A stretch of 64,000 nt of DNA. Origin: Mobula hypostoma (lineage: Eukaryota). Location of the stretch: positions 253,954,001 through 254,018,000 of the forward strand of contig NC_086097.1 of NCBI RefSeq assembly GCF_963921235.1. The letters run 5' to 3'. Of the stretch, positions 39,051-51,587 are shown piece by piece; the stretch's first letter is position 1, and each line of letters opens with the position of its first letter. The translations under genes were made by a program, and so were the position numbers. Under the pieces are notes generated by a model that saw nothing but the letters and a program-made list of their open reading frames with translations, searched no databases and was not told the DNA's origin.

Positions 39051-41355
39051 AAATTTTGTGCTAATTTACTTTCATAATCTATCTTCCCTTTCCTTATTTC
39101 TTGTTTAGTTGTTCTTTGTTGCTTTTTAAAGTTTTCCCAATCCTCCAGTCTCCCACTACTCTTTGCGACTTTGTACACATGAGCTTTTAATTTGATACTA
39201 TCTTTTATTTCCTTAGTTATCTAAGAGGCTGGCTCTCCCCACTCTTACCGTCCTTACTTTTCACTGGAATATACTTTTGTTGAGCACTGTGAATAATCTC
39301 TTTGAAAGTATTCCACTGCTCTTCAACTGTCCTACCAAATAGCCTGTGCTCCTAATCTACATTAGCCAACTCCTCCCTCATCCTGTTGTAGTCTCCCTTG
39401 TTCAAGCATAATACACTAGTTTTAGATCTAACTATTTCATCCTCGATCTGAATGAGAAATTCAATCATACTATGATCACTCTTTCCAAGAGGATCCCTGA
39501 CTACAAGATCATTAATCTTACCTGTCTCATTGCACATGACTAGATCTAAGATAGCATTTTCCCTTGTAGGTTAAAAGAGAAAAGCACTAGCTCATCTACC
39601 TGTCCTCACAAGACATTCTGTCTGATCCAGGTAGCATCCTCTTCCGCACCCTCTCTAAAGCTTCCACATCCTTCCTATAATGAGGCAGCCAGAACTGAAC
39701 ACAACCGTGGCTAACAAGGGAAGTCAAAACCAACATAAAACCCAAAGGGAGGGCATATAAAAGAGCAAAAATTACTGGGAATTAGAAGATTGAGACACTT
39801 TTAGAAACGAACAGAAGGCTGCTAGAAAAGACATGAAGAAGGTAAAGATGGCACACGAAAGTCTGCTCCTTCAGATTTCTGGATAATTGGGATCTGTGCG
39901 ACCTGTACAAAAGGGACGGGTTGCACTTGAATCTGAGGGGGACAAATATTCTTGCGGGCAGGTTTACTAGAGCTGTTGGGAGTGGTTTAAACTAATATGG
40001 CAGGAGGATGGGAATCAGTATGATAGAGCTGAGGATGAGCCAGCAGGTTTACATGAATGTAAGGAAGGACAAACCAATGATTGGTACAATTGCAGACAGA
40101 GCAAAGAGTTAAATTGTACCACAAAGGCAAAATTCAAAAGGGTGAAAATGCAGGACTGAAGGTGCTGTATTTAACTGCATGTAGCATTCGGAATAAGGTG
40201 GACAAACTCGTAGCGCAATTAGAGATTGGTCGGTATGACATTGTGGGCATCACTGAGTCGTGGTTGAAAGAAGGTCATAGTTGGGAGCTTAACATCAAAG
40301 GATATATTTTGTATTGAAAGGGCAGGCAGGAAGGCATAGGCAATGTTGTGGCTTTGTTGGTAAGAGATGGAATTACGTCTTTAGATAGAGGTGACAGAGG
40401 ATCAGAGAATGTTAAATCATTGCAGGTGCAGTTAAGAAATTGCAAAGGTAGAATAATCATTATGGGGATCATATATAGGCCTCCAAATAGTGGCCAAAGT
40501 ATGGGTTTAAGACTGCAAAGGGAGTGGAAAAGGCATGTAATAAGGATAATGACACAATTGTAATGGGGGCTTCAATATGCCAGGGGATTGGAAAAATCAG
40601 GTTGGTGTCGGATCACAAGAGAGGGAATTTGTTGAAGATGGCTTTTTAGAGTGGCTTGTGCTTGAGCCTACTCAGGGAAAGGCTATCTCAGATTGGGTGT
40701 TGTGTAATAACCCAGATTTTACTAGGGAGCTGAATGTAAAGGGACACTTAGAAGGCAGTGATTGTAATATGTTTGAATTTATACTGCAATTTCAGGAGAG
40801 AAGCACAAGTCACATGTATCAGTATCACAATGGAATAAAGGGAATTAGAGAGGCATGAGAGGGGAGCTTGTCCAGCCGGATTGGAGGAGGATACTGGCGG
40901 GGATGATGGCAGAGCAGAGGTGGCTGAAGTTTCTGGAAATACTTCACAAGGCGCAGGATAGATATGTCCCACAGAGGAAGAAGTTCTCAAATGGCAGGGG
41001 TAGGCAACCATGGCTGACAAAGGACTGCATAAAAGCCAAGGAAAGGGCAAAAGTAAGGTAGCAAAAGTGAGTGGGAAGTTGGATGATTGGGAAACTTTTA
41101 ACATCCAACAAAAGGCAACTAAAAAACCTATAAAAAGTGAAGAGATGAAAAAAATGAACGCCAATAATTAAAACAGGATACCAAAAGTTTTTTCAGTGAT
41201 ATAAAGAGTAAAGAGGCGAGAGTTGATATTGAACCACTGGAAAATGATGCTGATGAGGTAGTACTGAGAGACAAAGGTATTTGTTGTTATGTTACAGCAA
41301 TATATTGCAATCCATAATAATAAAAATACTATAAATTACAAAAAAATAAACAAAA

Positions 41356-41369
41356 TGCACACACACACG

Positions 41370-41437
<68 letters not shown>

Positions 41438-41460
41438 CACACACACACACACATATGCAT
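41356..41460. repeat. (CA)n microsatellite
   Basis: Imperfect CA run of about 100 bp. Confidence 0.98.
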
Positions 41461-41605
41461 ATATAAATTAAAAAGTCATACAAAAGAAGAGCAAGAAAAG
41501 AAAAAAATAGTGAGGTAGTAGAAACATAGAAACATAGAAAACCTACAGCCCAATACAGGCCCTTCGGCCCACAAAGCTGTGCTGAACATGTACTGACTTC
41601 AGAAA

Positions 41606-41825
41606 CACAAAATAATCTGCAGATGCTGTTGTCAAAGGAACACTCACAATGCGCTGGAGGAACTCAGCAGGTCAGTCAGCATCAGTTGAAAAGATTAGTC
41701 GATGTTTCGGGCCGAAACACTTTGTCAGGAAGTCCTGATGAAGGGTTTTGGCCTGAAACGTCGACTAATCTTTTCAACTGATGCTGCCTGACCTGCTGAG
41801 TTCCTCCAGCGCATTGTGAGTGTTC
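41606..41825. mobile_element. Penelope-derived fold-back mini-element with a 15-bp TSD and two inverted hammerhead motifs
   Basis: Inverted arms ~41638-41730 and ~41733-41825. TACTGACTTCAGAAA is duplicated at 41591-41605 and 41826-41840. Inserted in a minus-strand CR1 tail. Confidence 0.92.
41731..41766 (+). ncRNA. Minimal type I hammerhead ribozyme motif
   Basis: AGTC-CTGATGA-AGG(GTTTTGG)CCT-GAAAC-GTC-GACT. Stem I is AGTC/GACT, the core is CUGAUGA/GAAA, helix III is the palindromic ACGU, and the cleavage triplet is GUC. Confidence 0.8.
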
Positions 41826-42654
41826 TACTGACTTCAGAAATTACCTACGGTTACCTATAGCGCTCTATTTTTCTGACATCTATGTACCAATCCAGGAGTC
41901 TCTTAAAAGACCCTATCATATCCGCCTCCACCACCGTCACCGGCAGCCCATTCCACGCACTCACCACTCTCTGCGTAAAAAACTTACCCCTGACATTTCC
42001 TGAGGCAGATGAACTTAATGGGTACTTTACATCTGTCTTCACTGTGGAAGACACTAGCAGTGTGCCAGAGGTCCATGAGTGTCAGGGAGCAGGCGTGAGT
42101 GCCATTGCTATTACAAAGGAAAAAGTGCTAACAAACTGAAAGGTTTTAAGGTGGATAAATCACCTGGGCAGATGGCTACATCTCAAAGTCCTGAGAGAGG
42201 TTGCTGAAGAGACAATGGATGCACTGGTCATGATGTTTCAAGAATCTCTCTATTCTGGCGTGGTCCTGAAGGACTGGAATATTGCAAATGTCACTCCACT
42301 CTTTAAGAAGGGAGGAAGGCAAAAGAAAGAAAATTATATACCAGTTAGCCTAACCTCAGTAGTTGGGAAAGTTTTGGAGTCTATTATTAAGGATGAGGTT
42401 TCAAGGTACTCAGAGACTAATGATAAAATAAGTCAAAGTCAGCATGGTTTCTATGAAGGGAAATCTTGCCTGACAAAACTGTTAGAGTTCTTCGAGGAAG
42501 TAACAAGCAGGGTGGAGAAAGGAGAGGCAGCGGATGTCACTTAAAACACAGAGAACATAGAACAAAGAAACCTACAGCACATTACAGCCCTTCGGCCCAC
42601 AATGTCGTGCTGACCATGTAACCTACTCTGGAAACGGCCTAGAATTTATTCTGT

Positions 42655-43075
42655 ATTCCTTGGAGTTTAGAAGAATGAGGGGAGACCTCATAGAAACATT
42701 TCGAATGTTAAAAGGCATGGACAGAGTGGATGTGGCAAAGTTGTTTCCCATGATGGGGCAGTCTAGTACGAGAGGGCATGACTTAAGGATTGAAGGCCAC
42801 CCTTTCAGAACAGAAATGCGAAGAAATTTTTTTAGTCAGAGGGTGGTGAATCTATGGAATTTGTTGCCACGGGCAGCAGTGGAGGCCAAGTCATTGGGTG
42901 TATTTAAGGCAGAGATTGATAGGTATCTGAGTAGCCAGGGCATCAAAGGTTATGGTGAGAAGGCGGGGGATTGGGACTAAATGGGAGAATGGATCAGCTC
43001 ATGATAAAATGGCGGAGCAGACGCGATGGGCCGAATGGCCGATTTCTGCTTCTTTGTCTTATGGTCTTATGGTCT
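42655..43075 (+). mobile_element. CR1 3' fragment
   Basis: ORF 42660-42980 (EFRRMRGDLIETF) with a (TCTTATGG)n tail. Same subfamily as 54602-55980. Confidence 0.9.
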
Positions 43076-44478
43076 AATTTCACTACTTACAAGCATATAC
43101 TTACTTCAGAAATTACCTAGGATTACCCATAGCCCTCTATTTTTCTAAGCTCCATGTACCTATCTAAGAGTCTCTTAAAAGACCCTATTGTCTCCACCTC
43201 TACCACCGTTGCTGGCAGTGCATTCCACACACCTACAACTCTCTGTGTAAAAAAACTTACCTCTGATGTTCCCCCATACCTACTTCCAAGCACCTGGCGC
43301 TAGCCGTTTCAGCCTGGGGAAAAAGCCTCTGGCTATCCACACGATCAATGCCTCTCATTATCTTATACACCTCTATCAGGTCACCTCTCATCCTCCGTCG
43401 CTCAAGGAGAAAAGGCCAAGTTCACTCAACCTATTCTCATAAGGCATGCTCCCCAATCCAGGCAACATCCTTGTAAATCTCCTCTGCACTCTCTCTATAA
43501 TATCCACATCCTTCCTGTAGTGAGGTGACCAGAACTGAGCACAGTATTCCAAGTGGGGTCTGACCAGGGTCTTGTATAGCTGTAACATTACCTCTCGGCT
43601 TTTGAACTCAGTCCCACAGTTGAAGAATAGCCAATGCACCATACACATTCTTAACAGCACTGTTTATCTGTGTAGCAGCTTTGAGTGTCCTATGGACCTG
43701 GACCCCAATACCTCTCTGATCCTCCACACTGCTAGGAGTCTTACCATTAACATTATATTCTGTCTTCAAATTTGACCTGCCGAAATGGAACACTTTACAT
43801 TTATATGGATCTGCCACTTGTCAATCCAGTTCTACATTCTATCGATGTCCCGCTGTAACCTCTGATGACCCTCCACACTATCCACGACACCCCCAACCTT
43901 TGTGTCATCAGCAAACTTACTAACCCACCTTTCTACTTCTTCATCCAGATCATTTATAAAAATCACAAAAAGGCAGGGTCCCAGAACAGATTCCTGCAGA
44001 ACACCACTGGAAACCAACCTGCATGCAGAATATGACCCATCTACAACCACACTTTGCCTTCTGTGGGCAAACCAATTCTGGATTCATAAAGCAAGGTCTC
44101 CTTGGATCCTATCCCTTATTACTTTCTGAATAAGCCTTGCATGGGGAGCCTTTTCAAATCCATATACACTACATCTACGGCTCTACATTCATCGTGTTTT
44201 GTTACCTCCTCAAAGAATTCAATCAGGCTCATAAGGCATGACCTGCCCTTGACAAAGCCATGCTGATTATTCCTAATCAGATTATGTCTCTCCAAATGCT
44301 CATAAATCCTGCCTCTCAGGATCTTCTCCAACTACTTGCCCACCACTGAAGTAAGACTCACTTGTCTATAATTTCCTGGGTTATCTCCACTCCCTTTCTT
44401 GAACAAGGGAACAAAATTTGCAACCCTCCAATCCTCTGGTACTTCTCCTGTCCCTATTGATGGTGCAAAGATTAGCAA

Positions 44479-44857
44479 CTACATATAAACTACATACTAC
44501 ATATTAACACCTCATATACCGTCTAGGTAGTCTCCAGCCCCTTGGTATGAACATAGAATTCTCCAACTTCCGGTAATTCCCTCCCCCTCCCTTCCTCTGT
44601 CCTTATTTTACATCACCTCCTTCATAGTTCCGCCTCCTTCTACTACTTTGCATTGTTCTCCTGCCAATCACCTCCCTGCTTCCCCTACCCCACCCCTTTG
44701 TCTTTAAAATTACTGTTTTTTTCAACTACCAGCATTCTTCAAACCCTCCCCAAAGTTCTTCCTTCAGTCCTGACGAAGGGTTTTGGCCCGAAACGTCGAC
44801 TAATCTTTTCAACTGATGCTGACTGACCTGCTGAGTTCCTCCAGCGCATTGTGAGTA
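44479..44857 (+). mobile_element. 5'-truncated Penelope-like element: ORF C-terminus and pseudo-LTR, 13-bp TSD
   Basis: 44508-44576 translates HLIYRLGSLQPLGMNIEFSNFR*, a GIY-YIG domain C-terminal L.P.G.N motif. A pyrimidine-rich tract and a hammerhead follow. CAAAGATTAGCAA is duplicated at 44466-44478 and 44858-44870. Confidence 0.88.
44766..44801 (+). ncRNA. Minimal type I hammerhead ribozyme motif
   Basis: AGTC-CTGACGA-A-GGG(TTTTGG)CCC-GAAAC-GTC-GACT. All core nucleotides are present, with predicted cleavage 3' of C44797. Confidence 0.85.
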
Positions 44858-44918
44858 CAAAGATTAGCAATCTCCCCTCTCGCTTCCCACAGTAGCCTGG
44901 GGTATATCTCATCCTGGT

Positions 44919-45412
44919 TGTGGATTACAGGTGGAATGGAGATGGGCTAACCCCTATGGACATCAATGGATCTGGGGTTGAGAGGGTAAACAGCTTCAAG
45001 TTCCTTGGCATCCACATCACTGTGGTCTGTACACACCAGCTGTGTGGTGAAAAAGGCACAACAGCACCTCATTCACCTCAGAAGTTTGGTATGGGCCCCC
45101 ATATCCTAAGAACTTTCTACAGGGGCACAATTGAGAGCATCCTGACTGGCTGCATCACTGCCTGGTATGGGGAATGTACCTCCCTTAATTGCAAGATTCT
45201 GCAGAGAGTGGTGCAGACAGCCCAGTGCATCTGTAGATGTGAACTTCCCATGATTCAGGACATTTTAAAAAACTGCTGTGTAAAAAGGGCCTGAAGGATC
45301 GTTGGGGACCCGAGTTACCCCAACCACAATCTATTCCAGCTGCTACCATCTGGGAAACGGTACCGCAGCATAAAAGCCAGGACCAACAGGCTCCGGGACA
45401 GCTTCTTCCACC
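44919..45412 (+). mobile_element. Rex1/Babar fragment
   Basis: ORF 44920-45294 (VERVNSFKFLGIHI, FYRGTIESILTGCITAWYG). Same family as 19540-20705. Confidence 0.85.
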
Positions 45413-47090
45413 TGGTCTTAGACTCTCCCACATTAAGAACATCCTTTCCACATCCACTCTGTCAAGGCCTTTCACCATTCAATAGATTTCAATGAGGTCA
45501 CCCCTTATTCTTCTGTTCCAGTGAATACAGGCCCAGAGCCATCAAACACTCTTCAAACAAGCCATACAATCCTGGAATCATTTTCGTGAGCCTCTTTAGA
45601 ACCTTCTCCAGTTTCAACATATTCTTTCTAAGATAAGGGGCCCAAACCAGATCACAATACTCCAAGTGAGGCCTTACCAGTGCTTTATAAGGTCTCAATA
45701 TTACATCCTGCTTTTATATTCTAGTCCTCTTGAAATGAATGCTAACATTGCATTTGCCTTCCTCACCACAGACTCAACCTGCAAATTACCCTTTAGGGAA
45801 TCCTGCACAAGGACTCTCAAGACCCCATGTGTCTCCACTTTTTGTATTTCACTCGCTTTAGAAAATAGTCAATCCTTTAATTTCTTCTACCAAACCTAGA
45901 TCTGCAACCTAGGGTACAGAAAGAGGTAGCGGTAGAGATTGTGAAGACACTGGTGATGCTCCTTCAAAAATCATTGGACCACGATGCCAGAGGACTGAAA
46001 ATTATATATGTCACTCCACTCTTTAAGAAAGCAAGAAGGCAGCAGAAAGGAAATTATAGACCAGTTAGCCTGACCTCAGTGGTTGGGAAGATGTTAGAGT
46101 CAATTGTTAAGGATGTGGTTATGGAGTACTTGGTGACACAGGACAGGATAGGACAAAGTCAGTATGGTTTCCTTAAGGGAAAGTCTTCCCTGACAAACCT
46201 GTTGGAATTCTTGAGAAGATTACAAATAGGATAGATAAAGGGGATGCGGTGGATGTTGTATATTTGGACTTCCAGAAGGCATTTGATAGGGTACCACACA
46301 TGAGGCTGCTTAACAAGTTAAGAATCCATGGTGTTACAGGAAAGTTATTGGCATGACTAGAGCTTTGGCAGATTGGCAGGAGGCAGGGAATGGGAATAAA
46401 AGGATCCTTTTCTGGATGGCTGCCAGTGATTAGTGGCATTCTGCAGGGATCAGTGTTGGGACCACTTCTTTTTATGTTGTATATCAATGATTTAGATGAC
46501 AGAATAGATGGCTTTGTTGCAGATGATATGAAGATTGAGGGAGGGGCAGGTAGTGTTGAGGAAACCGATAAACTGCAGAAGGACTTAGGTTAAGGGAATG
46601 GGCAAGAGAGTGGCAAATGAAACATAATGTTGGAAAATGCATGGTCATGCACTTTGGTAGTAGAAATAAATGTGCAGACTATTTTCTGAACAGGGAGAAA
46701 ATCCAAAAATCTGAGATGTAAAGGGATTTGGGATTCCTTGTGCAGAATACCCCAAAGGTTAAATTGCAGGTTGAGTCGGTGGTGAGGAAGGCAAATGCAA
46801 TGTTAGCATTCATTTCAAGAGATCTAGAATACAAGAGCAAGGATGTGATGCTGCGGCTTCATAAGGCACTGGTGAGGCCTCATCTTGAGTATTGTGAGCT
46901 CCTTATCTCGGAAAAGATGTGCTGGCATTGGAGAGGGTTCTGGGGAGGCTCACAAGAATGATTCATGGAATGAAAGGGTTATCATATGAGGAACGTTTGA
47001 TAGCCCTGGGTCTGTACTCGCATGTTTGAAATGTTGAAAGGCCTAGACAGAGTAGATGTGGGAAGGATGTTTCCCATGGTGGGGGAATTC
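45413..47090. mobile_element. Two divergently oriented CR1 fragments (minus strand 45413-45895, plus strand 45900-47090)
   Basis: LVRPHLEYC on both strands. YRPVSLTS and QGSVLGP on the plus strand. Confidence 0.85.
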
Positions 47091-47453
47091 TTTTCTATGA
47101 CTGCAGACTACAGAACATAGAACAGTCCAGCACAGAAACAGGTCCTTCAGCATACAATGTTGTACCGAACCAGTTAAATTGATGATCAGCTGCTTACTCA
47201 GTCTGAAATAATTGATAAAGTTTCCCGACAGAACCTAAACCAAACTGATTCCCTGCCATTTCAGATTTCTACATGATTGGTATGCAGGCCACTGGCATTT
47301 TTATTACAGAAGTCATTTTAACTGTAGATAAGCAGGTAAAGGTGATAAAATAGAGAGATTTACATTCTCAAATTTTTTGAAAATATGATGAACTTATTAT
47401 CACCCATTTCTGTGTTTCTGTTTTATATGGAAATTAAGTTAGTTGTTTTTGAC

Positions 47454-47860
47454 TCACAGGAGATTCTGCAGATGCTGGAAACCCAGAGCAACACACACAA
47501 AATGCAGGACTGGAAAGGAAGCGGGAAGATGCCAAGATAAGAAGGTGGATGAAGGGGAAGGGGGACAAGTTAGAAGGTGGTAGGTGAGACCAGGCTGGTG
47601 CAGGAGGGGGGATGAACTAAGTAGCTGGGAGGTAATCGGTGGGAAAGGTAAAGGGCTGGAAGAGGATGAATATATTAGGAAAGGAAAGTGGACCATGGGA
47701 GAAATGGACGGAAGAGGGACACCGGGGGGGGAGGGTGGTGATAAGTCAGTGAGAAGAAAGGAAGGGGTAAGAAGAGAGCTAGAATGGGGAGTGGAGAAAG
47801 GAAGAATGCGGGGGTGGGAATTACCGCACAGCAGAGAAAGCAATGTTCATGCCTGTCAAA
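47454..47860 (-). mobile_element. Penelope-like 3' fragment with the hammerhead region deleted
   Basis: Minus-strand GGCATGAACATTGCTTTCTC (GMNI.FS), a pyrimidine tract, and terminal TTTCCAGCATCTGCAGAATCTCC matching the fold-back tails. Confidence 0.75.
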
Positions 47861-48049
47861 GGGTGCATGAAGGGATGATACTTGGACTAGAAGGCTTGAG
47901 GTACTTGGAGAAGCTGGATATTCTGGAGCATTTCTGCCTGGAACAGAGAATGCTGAATATCAGCAGAAATAAGGGAATGTTATCGTGCTTTTCACAGAGA
48001 AAGACAGGCCACATCTAGGTTGAAGATGAGAGGGGAAATATGTATCATA

Positions 48050-48528
48050 GAGAGCATTCTAACTGATTGCATCACCACCTAGTATGGAGGAGCCACTGCA
48101 GAAAGTTGTAAACTCATCCAGCTCCATCGTGGCCACCAGCTTCCCCAGCGTTGTGGACACGTTCAAAAGGTGATGACAGAAAAAGGCGGCATCCATCGTT
48201 AAGGACCCCCATCACCCAGGGCATGCTGTCTACCTGTTGTTACCATCAGCAAGGAGCTACAGGAGCCTGAAGACACACTCAATGATTCAGGAACAGCTTC
48301 TTCTCCTCTGCCACCAGATTTCTGAATGGACATTGAACCCATGAACACCACTATTTTGTTTTTCTTTTCTGTTGCTCTCTTTTTGCATTATTTATTTAAT
48401 TTAGTTTATATATTTATATTTCTCATTATAATTTACAGTTCTTAACTCATGTATTACAACGTACCGCTGCCACAAAACAACAAATTTCATGACACATGCT
48501 GGTGATATTAAATCTGATTCTGATTCTG
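48050..48528 (+). mobile_element. Rex1/Babar 3' fragment
   Basis: ESILT.CIT and ASIVKDPHHPGH-type coding remnants with a (GATTCT)n tail. Confidence 0.75.
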
Positions 48529-48974
48529 GAAGCTGAGGGGAAACAGAGGTTGGTGTGTGGATGGAAAGAGTTCCCAGGGGAAGTGGTAGAGGCGGGTTAA
48601 ATTAGAACATACAGAAGCTGTTTAGACAGGTTCACGGTTATAAAAGGTTTAAGTGGATATGGACCAAAAGCAGGCAAAGGTGACTACCTCAGATGGGAAC
48701 TGTTCAGCACGGATGAGAGGGGCTGAAGGGCCTGTTTCATTCTGCGTAACTCAAACCTATGCCCCTATCGTACAAATATTGTCGCTAAACACTGTGTGGG
48801 TTATTTCCCCCAGGAGAAATCTCTCAAGGATCAAGGATCGAGTTTATTCACCATGTACATTCACATGTGTTAGCAATTTGCTGTGGGGTGTTGGCATGAC
48901 GAGCAACAAAAAATGACATTGAAGATTAAAATTTAGATCTGGAATAAAAGGTACATACTGTAAATAGCAGCACG

Positions 48975-50274
48975 TACACTCTGTGGTCACATTGTTAGGT
49001 ACAGGAGTGGAACCCGATGTGGTTTTCTGCTGATGTAGCCATCTGCTTCAATGTTGGATGTGTGCTTTCAGAGATTCACAGCACTGTTATAATGTGCAGT
49101 TATTTGAGTTACTGTTGCCTTTCTTACAAAGGGAATTGAGTACAAGAGCAAGGAAATCCTTTTGCATTTGTACAGGGCTCTGGTGAGACCACACCTGGAG
49201 TATTGTGTGCAGTTTTGGTCTCCAGGGTTAAGGAAGGACATCCTGGCTGTGGAGGAGGTGCAACATAGGTTCACTGGGTTAATTCCTGGGATGTCCGGAC
49301 TGTCTTACACAGAGAGGTTAGAGAGACTGGGCTTGTACACGCTGGAATTAAGGAGATTGAGGGGGGATTATTAAGGGATTGGACAAGGTAGAGGCAGGAA
49401 ATATGTTCCAGATGCTGGGAGAGTCCAGTATCAGAGGGCATGGTTTAAGAATAAGGGGTAGGTCATTTAGGACAGAGTTGAGGAGGAACTTCTTCTCCCA
49501 GAGAGTTGTAGAGGTGTGGAACACGCTGCCTCAGAAGGCAGTGGAGGCCAATTCTCTGGATGCTTTCAAGAAGGAGCTAGATAGATATCGTATGGATGGG
49601 GGAATCAAGGGTTATGGGGACAAGGCAGGAACCGGGTATTGATAGTAGATGATCAGCCATGATCTCAGAATGGCGCTGCAGGCTCAAAGGGCCGAATGGT
49701 CTACTTCTGCACCTATTGTCTATTGTCTATTGTCTTTCTGTCAGCCTGAACCAGTCGGGCCATTCTCCTCTGATCTCTCTCATTTACAAGACATTTTTGA
49801 CCACAGAACTTCCAATCACTGGATGTTAGACTCATAGAGTAATTGAAAAGTACAGCACAGACAGGCCACTCAGCCATCTAGTCCGTGCCAAACCATTTAA
49901 GCTGCCTACTGCCATCCACTTTCACCAGAGCCATAGCCCTCTATACCCCTACTATCCACATACCTATCCAAACTTCTCTCGGATGCTGCAATGGAGCTGG
50001 TATGCACAGATTGTGCTGGCAGCTCATTCCACACCCTTTGGAAGTCCGGGTCTAGTGGTACAAGTTGTGGTAGTTAATAGAGGTGCTCCTATGTCACTCA
50101 GTTAGCCTCTCCCACATGGGAAGAGTTCATATACTGTACAAGCTGGGTTATCAATAAAGATTAATTGAATATCCTGATGCTGGCATCCTGGTGTGCCCTG
50201 AATTATCCCTCCATAGTGAACACAGCGACTGGATTAACAAGCAGGTGTACCTAATAAAGAGTCCACAGAGTATA
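48975..50274 (-). mobile_element. Tc1-family derivative interrupted by CR1 insertions
   Basis: TIR-like ends TACACTCTGTGGTCACATTGTTAGGTACA and TGTACCTAATAAAGAGTCCACAGAGTATA. Internal pieces (49000-49122, 49732-49826) are the reverse complement of 18460-18650. Confidence 0.75.
49125..49731 (+). mobile_element. CR1 3' fragment nested in Tc1
   Basis: ORFs 49162-49374 and 49379-49642 with a (TATTGTC)n tail. Confidence 0.9.
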
Positions 50275-50989
50275 CTTACAATGTTCTTGTTCATCATTTC
50301 ACTACCAACATAACTTGGGAGTGATCTGAACCATAGAACATAGAGCAGTACAGCTCAGGAACTGGCCCTTTGGCACACAATGTTGCACTGAGAAAAAGAT
50401 ATTCCCTGTCTACTCTATCTCTGTCTCTCATAATCTTATGAACCTCTATCGGAACTTCCCTCCCTCAGCCACTCGAGGAAATGAGCCAAGTTTGTCTAAC
50501 CCCTCGTTATAGCACATAGTGTCTGATCCAGGAGGCATTCAATGTGGCAGTAAGTACGATGACGTTGACAAAAAGCTGATGTTTTGGACCCTTTTAGTGG
50601 CAGATTTCAGCACAGACCATCTGGAAAAAAACCCACAAGGAAGAGTAGAGTTTTCACACACACAAGCTGTTTAACAGTGATTACAGAGAGACATCAGCCA
50701 AGCTTTGGAAAAGCAGCTATACTGTTTAACAGTGATTACAGAGAGGCGGCTATTCTGCAACCTCATTCAAAAATAGACATTTGACACAGGAACCACTCGG
50801 GGATAAATCAGGGCTGTATTGGTTCTGAAGTGACTCCGATCCGAATCCTTGGCGTTACTTTTGTAGGTTTTTGCAAATGAAAAGAGCTGAAGCATTTTCT
50901 GTTTCAGAAAAACCATACCAGCTCATTTATTGAACACCAAAAAACTGAACATAAAAAGCGGTGAAAGCACTTTATGTAATTACCATTAG

Positions 50990-51587
50990 ATCATAAGATA
51001 TAGGAGCAAAATTAGGCCATTTGGTCCATCGAGTCTGCTCCACCATTTCATCATGATCCAAATTTCCTCTCAGCTCCAATCTCCACACCCCTTCATGCCC
51101 TGACCAATCAAAAATCCATCAGCCTCTGCCTTAATACACAGACTTGGCCTCCACAGCTGCCTGTGGCAAAGAATTCCACAAATTCACCACTCTCTGGCTA
51201 AAGAAATTCCTCCTCCTCGTCTCCATTCTAAAAGGACGCCTCTCTATTCTGAGGCTGTGTCCTCTGGTCTTACTGTCCCTTCTTAGGAATCATTCTCTCC
51301 ACATCCGCTCTATCAAGACCTTTCACCATTTGATAGGTTTCAATGAGGTCACCCCTCATTCTTCTGAATTCTAGTGAATACAGGCCCAGAGCCATCAAAC
51401 GATCCTCATACGACAAGCCATTCAATCCTGGAATCGCCCAGAACTGCTCACAATACTCCAAGTGAGGTCTCACCAGCACTTTATAAAGTTTCAATATTAC
51501 ATCCTTGCTTTTCTATTCTTGTCCTCTTAAAATGAATGCTAACATTGCATTTGCCTTCCTCACCACGAACTTAACCTGCAAATTAAC
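50990..51587 (-). mobile_element. CR1 3' fragment
   Basis: ORF 51270-51494 (LVRPHLEYC, EFRRMRGDLIETY). Confidence 0.85.

Larger units (their letters stand above)
39700..42545 (+). mobile_element. Decayed CR1 (endonuclease and RT fragments), interrupted by several insertions at ~41277-42000
   Basis: SIRNKVDKL, GITESW, IYRPPN and [11 protein letters not shown] in ORFs 40081-40317, 40348-40563 and 42215-42544. Confidence 0.8.
43095..44918 (-). mobile_element. CR1 ORF2 pseudogene, host of a Penelope insertion
   Basis: Minus-strand ORFs contain FADDTKVGG, QHGFVKG and LVRPHLEYC. Confidence 0.88.

Noticed and set aside
41289..41483. HT-repeat and CV-repeat ORFs (also the repeat ORFs at 24369-24710 and 30960-31223)
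   Set aside because: These are translations of micro- and minisatellites.
45413..47090. Twin-priming inversion of a single CR1
   Set aside because: The two oppositely oriented pieces cover overlapping parts of ORF2 and are diverged, so they are separate insertions.
50066..50224. Possible short solo LTR (TG...AATAAA...CA)
   Set aside because: No TSD found and no second copy in the window.
50667..50745. Exact 24-bp direct repeat CTGTTTAACAGTGATTACAGAGAG separated by 31 bp, superficially CRISPR-like
   Set aside because: Only two copies, no cas genes and a vertebrate context. It is a simple local duplication.
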